The notes below the pieces were generated by a model. The model saw nothing but the letters and a program-made list of their open reading frames with translations. It did not search any database and was not told the origin of the DNA. This document shows, in pieces, positions 24,190 to 27,660 of a stretch of DNA of 27,660 bases. This DNA comes from Candidatus Latescibacterota bacterium. Its GTDB lineage: Bacteria; Latescibacterota; MVCY01. The translations under genes were made by a program, and so were the position numbers. Where the stretch lies: positions 1-27,660 of the forward strand of contig JAUWEO010000001.1 in assembly GCA_030608245.1 (NCBI GenBank), in the 5' to 3' direction. Position 1 is the first letter of the stretch; each line of letters starts with the position of its first letter.

Positions 24190-25655
24190 ACCCCGTACTT
24201 CTGATTGCTGTGCCTTTAGGTTTGGCTTTTGCGATCCCTCTATTTGGGTTTATTTCGCAAAAGTTAGAGAAATACATCCCACCGGTGGCGATGTTATTTA
24301 ACCTCATTGTTTCCTTATCACTCATCCCTAAGGTATTAGAACAACCGATTGTTGTCTCCATAGGCGGTTTTCCACCTCCTTTCTGTATTAATCTGGTAGC
24401 CGGGCCAGTGGGCGTTCTGTTTTCCGCTATCATTGCTTTAGTAGGTTTTTTAGTTTCCATCTATGCCTTGGATTATATAAAAGAGGGGGCTACCGAGAAG
24501 TACCATATGCTTTATCTCTTACTTCTTACCGGAGCCACAGGTGTTGTCCTCACTGGAGATATATTTAACCTGTTTGTCTTCTTTGAGATTCTTTGCATCT
24601 CCTCCTATGCTCTGGTAGCTTACTTAGGGAATAGGGCTGGGATTGAATCGGCGGTAAAATATCTCATTCAAGGGGCTATTGGCTCAAGTCTTGTGCTTAT
24701 AGGGGTGGCCCTGCTTTACGGTCTTTTCGGGACCCTGAATATGGCCGATATTGCCAGAAATATAGATTCGGTTAGCCCGATATCGGTGTTTGTCCCGTTG
24801 GTTTTATTGATTACCGGATTGGGAATAGAGGGAGCTATATTCCCATTAAACGCCTGGTTGCCCGATGCTCATTCATCTGCACCATCCTCTATTAGCGCCA
24901 TTTTGTCCGGTATAGCCATAGAAGTAGGTATCTATGCGGTGGCCCGGGTTATTTTCACCGTATTTGGCGCCTCAAGCATTTTCCTATTTCTGGTGCTCTT
25001 AGGACTTTTAACCCTTCTTGTGGGGGAGATGTCCGCTTTTAGCCAAAAAAATATCAAAAGGCTTCTGGCTTACTCCAGTATAGGGCAGATAGGATTGATC
25101 GTCTTTGCGCTGGGAATCGCCACCTCGTACGGAGTGGTTGGCGGTCTATTCCAAATCATCTCTCATTCTTTGAGCAAGGCATTACTTTTCTTAGCGGTAG
25201 GCTATATGATCTACCGCACCGGCTCTATGGATATTTCTACTTTGGATGGAATGGGTAAGAGGATGCCCTTTACTTCCTTGGCCTTTACCATCGGAGCGTT
25301 CTCCCTCGTGGGGCTGCCCCCTTTCGTAGGATTTCCCAGTAAATTTCTGATCGTTCGGGCTGCCTTAGCTAAAGAAGAGGTCTTGTTCACCGTGCTTATT
25401 GCGCTTGTCCTCTTAGGCACAGTCATTGAAGGGGCTTATTTCTTCCGAGTGATACAGACTCTGTATTTTAAGGGGAAAAGGGTTAGTCCTAATAAGAGAG
25501 AGGAAGCGCCTATCGCTGCTTTAATCCCTATAGGTATCCTGATGATACTGATCATCGTTATAGGGGTATATCCCAGGCTCGTAACCGATATCTTAAACTC
25601 GGCGGCTTCAGAACTCCTGAATAGAATCGGGTATATCAAAGGGGTGTTAGGATGA
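24183..25655 (+). CDS. mnhD: Proton-conducting membrane subunit, MnhD/NuoN-like (MbxH-like)
   Basis: TGDIFNLFVFFEI, AVKYL, WLPDAHSSAPSSISAILSG, KRLLAYSSIGQIG, HSLSKALLF and GLPPFVGFPSKF motifs. Confidence 0.92.
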   Translation: MVNPVLLIAVPLGLAFAIPLFGFISQKLEKYIPPVAMLFNLIVSLSLIPKVLEQPIVVSIGGFPPPFCINLVAGPVGVLFSAIIALVGFLVSIYALDYIKEGATEKYHMLYLLLLTGATGVVLTGDIFNLFVFFEILCISSYALVAYLGNRAGIESAVKYLIQGAIGSSLVLIGVALLYGLFGTLNMADIARNIDSVSPISVFVPLVLLITGLGIEGAIFPLNAWLPDAHSSAPSSISAILSGIAIEVGIYAVARVIFTVFGASSIFLFLVLLGLLTLLVGEMSAFSQKNIKRLLAYSSIGQIGLIVFALGIATSYGVVGGLFQIISHSLSKALLFLAVGYMIYRTGSMDISTLDGMGKRMPFTSLAFTIGAFSLVGLPPFVGFPSKFLIVRAALAKEEVLFTVLIALVLLGTVIEGAYFFRVIQTLYFKGKRVSPNKREEAPIAALIPIGILMILIIVIGVYPRLVTDILNSAASELLNRIGYIKGVLG

Positions 25656-27502
25656 GTTTAGAGCTTTTACTTATCATTGCCTTTGGCGGCGCATTTCTCA
25701 CGTATCTTTTAGGGAAGCTCTCTTCCGGGGTGCGCAATTTCTTTGCTGTCTTTATTTCCTGTGCTCTGGCAGCCATTGTAGCTTACCTTTATGGGAAGCC
25801 CTCGGAGGAGACTTTTTATCTAGGATTTTTGGGCTTGCCCCTTCTTTTAAGATTGAATATGCTTTCGTGGTTTTTTGCTATTGCCATAGCCGTTGTGGGA
25901 GCCCTTTCTATCATTTTCTCTTTAAGCTATATGAAAGGAAGAGAAAAAACCGACTTTTATTATTTGATGATGCTTCTGGTAAATGCGGGCATGTTGGGGA
26001 TTGTGCTATCGGGTGATTTGGTTTCCTTCTACATCTTCTGGGAGATCATGTCGTGGAGCGCATTTCTGCTCATAAGTTACAACCGAGGACCTGCTTTGGC
26101 TGCAGGGATGAAATACATCATTATGTCCATTGTCGGTTCTGTAGCTATGCTCATCGGAATGTTATCACTCTACGCCAATTATGGAACTTTGAGTATTTCA
26201 GAGGTTGCTCCCTTCGTAGCCTCTGCCTCTTCTGGCTACATTTTATTCATTTTGATCGTTTTCTCTATTGCTTTCGGAATCAAAAACGCAGTGCTTCCAT
26301 TTCATACCTGGCTTCCCGATGCTCATTCAGAAGCGCCATCTCCATTTTCTGCTGTGCTTTCCGGGATATTGGTCAGGATGGGAATGTACGGCTTTCTTCT
26401 CTTTTTCTTTGTGATAGTAGGATCGAAACTTTTTCTTGGTTTAGGACGGGATAATTTCCATTACATTCTTGCCTGGATAGGGGCTATCAATATAGTAATC
26501 CCCACATTTATTGCTATGCTTCAAAATGATTCCAAAAGATTGTTGGCCTGGCATGGAGTTGGACAAGGAGGATATATGGTTCTGGGGGTTGCCTTAGGGA
26601 CCAGTTTGGGAGTAACTGGGGGTACATTTCACATTGTTAACCATCCTTCATATATAGCGCTTCTGTTTTTAGTAGTGGGAGCAGTCGAATACCGAACTAA
26701 GGGAATCCGAGATTTGAATTCTCTGGGTGGACTTATCAAGAGGATGCCCATCACTTTTATCGGGGCTTTGGTAGGTGCTTGTGGATTAATCGGGCTTCCC
26801 TTGACCAATGGGTTTGTCTCCAAGTGGCTAATCTATAAGAGCTTAATTCTTCAAGGGCATCCTTTCTTGGCCTTTGCTGCCTTGATAGGAACTTGGGGAA
26901 CTATTCTTTCCCTTTATAAATTTCTGCACAACATGTTCTTGGGACAGCTTCCTGAAAAATATAGGAACGTGGAAAAGGCTCCTTTCAACATGCAATTTCC
27001 AATAATTATATTGAGCCTGATTATTATTCTCTTCGGCATTCTTCCCGGCATTCCCCTCAAGGTCATAAATTCTATTACGACTTCCTTTGGCCTTGAGTCC
27101 TTAAATATAAACATCTGGGGAATTGCCTCAGAGACCGGGGCATTGAACACCATAAACATCTTTGCCGCCATTCTGGCGGTTGGTCTTATTGTCTGGCTGA
27201 TTTTTAGGGCGGGACCGAAAGCGGCACCCATTGCTCAAGATGACAACTACGCTGCCGGAGCATATGTCCCCAAGGAGAAATACCATTATACGGTTGATTT
27301 CTACAATCCTCTATATCGAATGATCTCGCCTTATCTAAGAGATTTCATAGATGAGTTTTACATGAAGCTTGCAAGAGGCACCCAGAAACTGTGTGGTGGA
27401 ATACGACACGTTTATACCGGAGACGTAGGTCATTATGTAATGTATATAGTGCTGTTCCTGGCATCGCTGATTTTCGTTCAAATCAAATGGGGTATATGGT
27501 GA
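25652..27502 (+). CDS. Second, longer proton-conducting membrane subunit (MbxH'/NuoM-L-like)
   Basis: 616 aa; GDLVSFYIFWEIM, WLPDAHSEAPSPFSAVLSG, KRLLAW and GLPLTNGFVSKW motifs, plus a C-terminal extension (YAAG...FY...YTGD) typical of lateral-helix-bearing subunits. Confidence 0.9.
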   Translation: MSLELLLIIAFGGAFLTYLLGKLSSGVRNFFAVFISCALAAIVAYLYGKPSEETFYLGFLGLPLLLRLNMLSWFFAIAIAVVGALSIIFSLSYMKGREKTDFYYLMMLLVNAGMLGIVLSGDLVSFYIFWEIMSWSAFLLISYNRGPALAAGMKYIIMSIVGSVAMLIGMLSLYANYGTLSISEVAPFVASASSGYILFILIVFSIAFGIKNAVLPFHTWLPDAHSEAPSPFSAVLSGILVRMGMYGFLLFFFVIVGSKLFLGLGRDNFHYILAWIGAINIVIPTFIAMLQNDSKRLLAWHGVGQGGYMVLGVALGTSLGVTGGTFHIVNHPSYIALLFLVVGAVEYRTKGIRDLNSLGGLIKRMPITFIGALVGACGLIGLPLTNGFVSKWLIYKSLILQGHPFLAFAALIGTWGTILSLYKFLHNMFLGQLPEKYRNVEKAPFNMQFPIIILSLIIILFGILPGIPLKVINSITTSFGLESLNINIWGIASETGALNTINIFAAILAVGLIVWLIFRAGPKAAPIAQDDNYAAGAYVPKEKYHYTVDFYNPLYRMISPYLRDFIDEFYMKLARGTQKLCGGIRHVYTGDVGHYVMYIVLFLASLIFVQIKWGIW

Positions 27503-27660
27503 TGAATGTTGTAGAGATAATTTTCTCCCCACTTCTGGCACTTATCGTCGGAATATTCTTTCTGGGTTTATCCAGAAAAATAATGGCTAGAATTCACTGG
27601 CGGTGTGGTCCTCCTCTCATACAGCCGGTTATTGATATCATTAAGTTATTCAGTCAAAAG
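27502..27660 (+). CDS. NuoH/HyfC-family membrane anchor subunit (MbxM-like), partial, runs off the window
   Basis: Not in the ORF track; ATG overlaps the upstream TGA. Hand translation MNVVEIIFSPLLALIVGIFFLGLSRKIMARIHWRCGPPLIQPVIDIIKLFSQK matches the RK..AR...R.GPP..QP..D..KL signature. Confidence 0.88.
   Translation, partial: MNVVEIIFSPLLALIVGIFFLGLSRKIMARIHWRCGPPLIQPVIDIIKLFSQK

Noticed and set aside
19407-27541. Numerous 60-150 aa ORFs overlapping the Fe-S/Mrp genes
   Set aside because: All lie antisense or off-frame within well-supported, tightly coupled genes and lack motifs.

Overview
Window from a diderm, probably anaerobic bacterium. An LPS heptose kinase, Lgt and a T9SS/FlgD-type C-terminal sorting domain suggest an FCB-superphylum-related lineage (inference only). 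There are three blocks. (1) 1-9182, minus strand: a cobalamin-riboswitch-controlled corrinoid uptake/salvage operon. Order: riboswitch + terminator, TonB-dependent BtuB-like receptor, secreted beta-propeller with T9SS-type tail, degenerate cobO, truncated cobD, glutaminase-less asparagine-synthetase-like protein, btuF-btuC-btuD-like ABC transporter, cobU running off the window. (2) 9530-18341: a His-rich membrane protein and an envelope/housekeeping cluster (PHP phosphatase, PQQ/BamB-like lipoprotein, peptidase-propeller-Omp85 fusion, lgt, rfaE1, PfkB kinase), with several REP/MITE-like palindromes between genes. (3) 18624-27660, plus strand: rex, a near-consensus Rex operator, and an MBX/MBS-like Mrp-type membrane oxidoreductase operon. 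That operon starts with a HydB/AsrA-like Fe-S protein and has a CoA-disulfide-reductase/NADH-oxidase-family flavoprotein inserted between mnhE and mnhF; it continues past the window end. No rRNA, tRNA, CRISPR array or transposase was seen. All product calls come from motif recognition by eye; no database searches were run.
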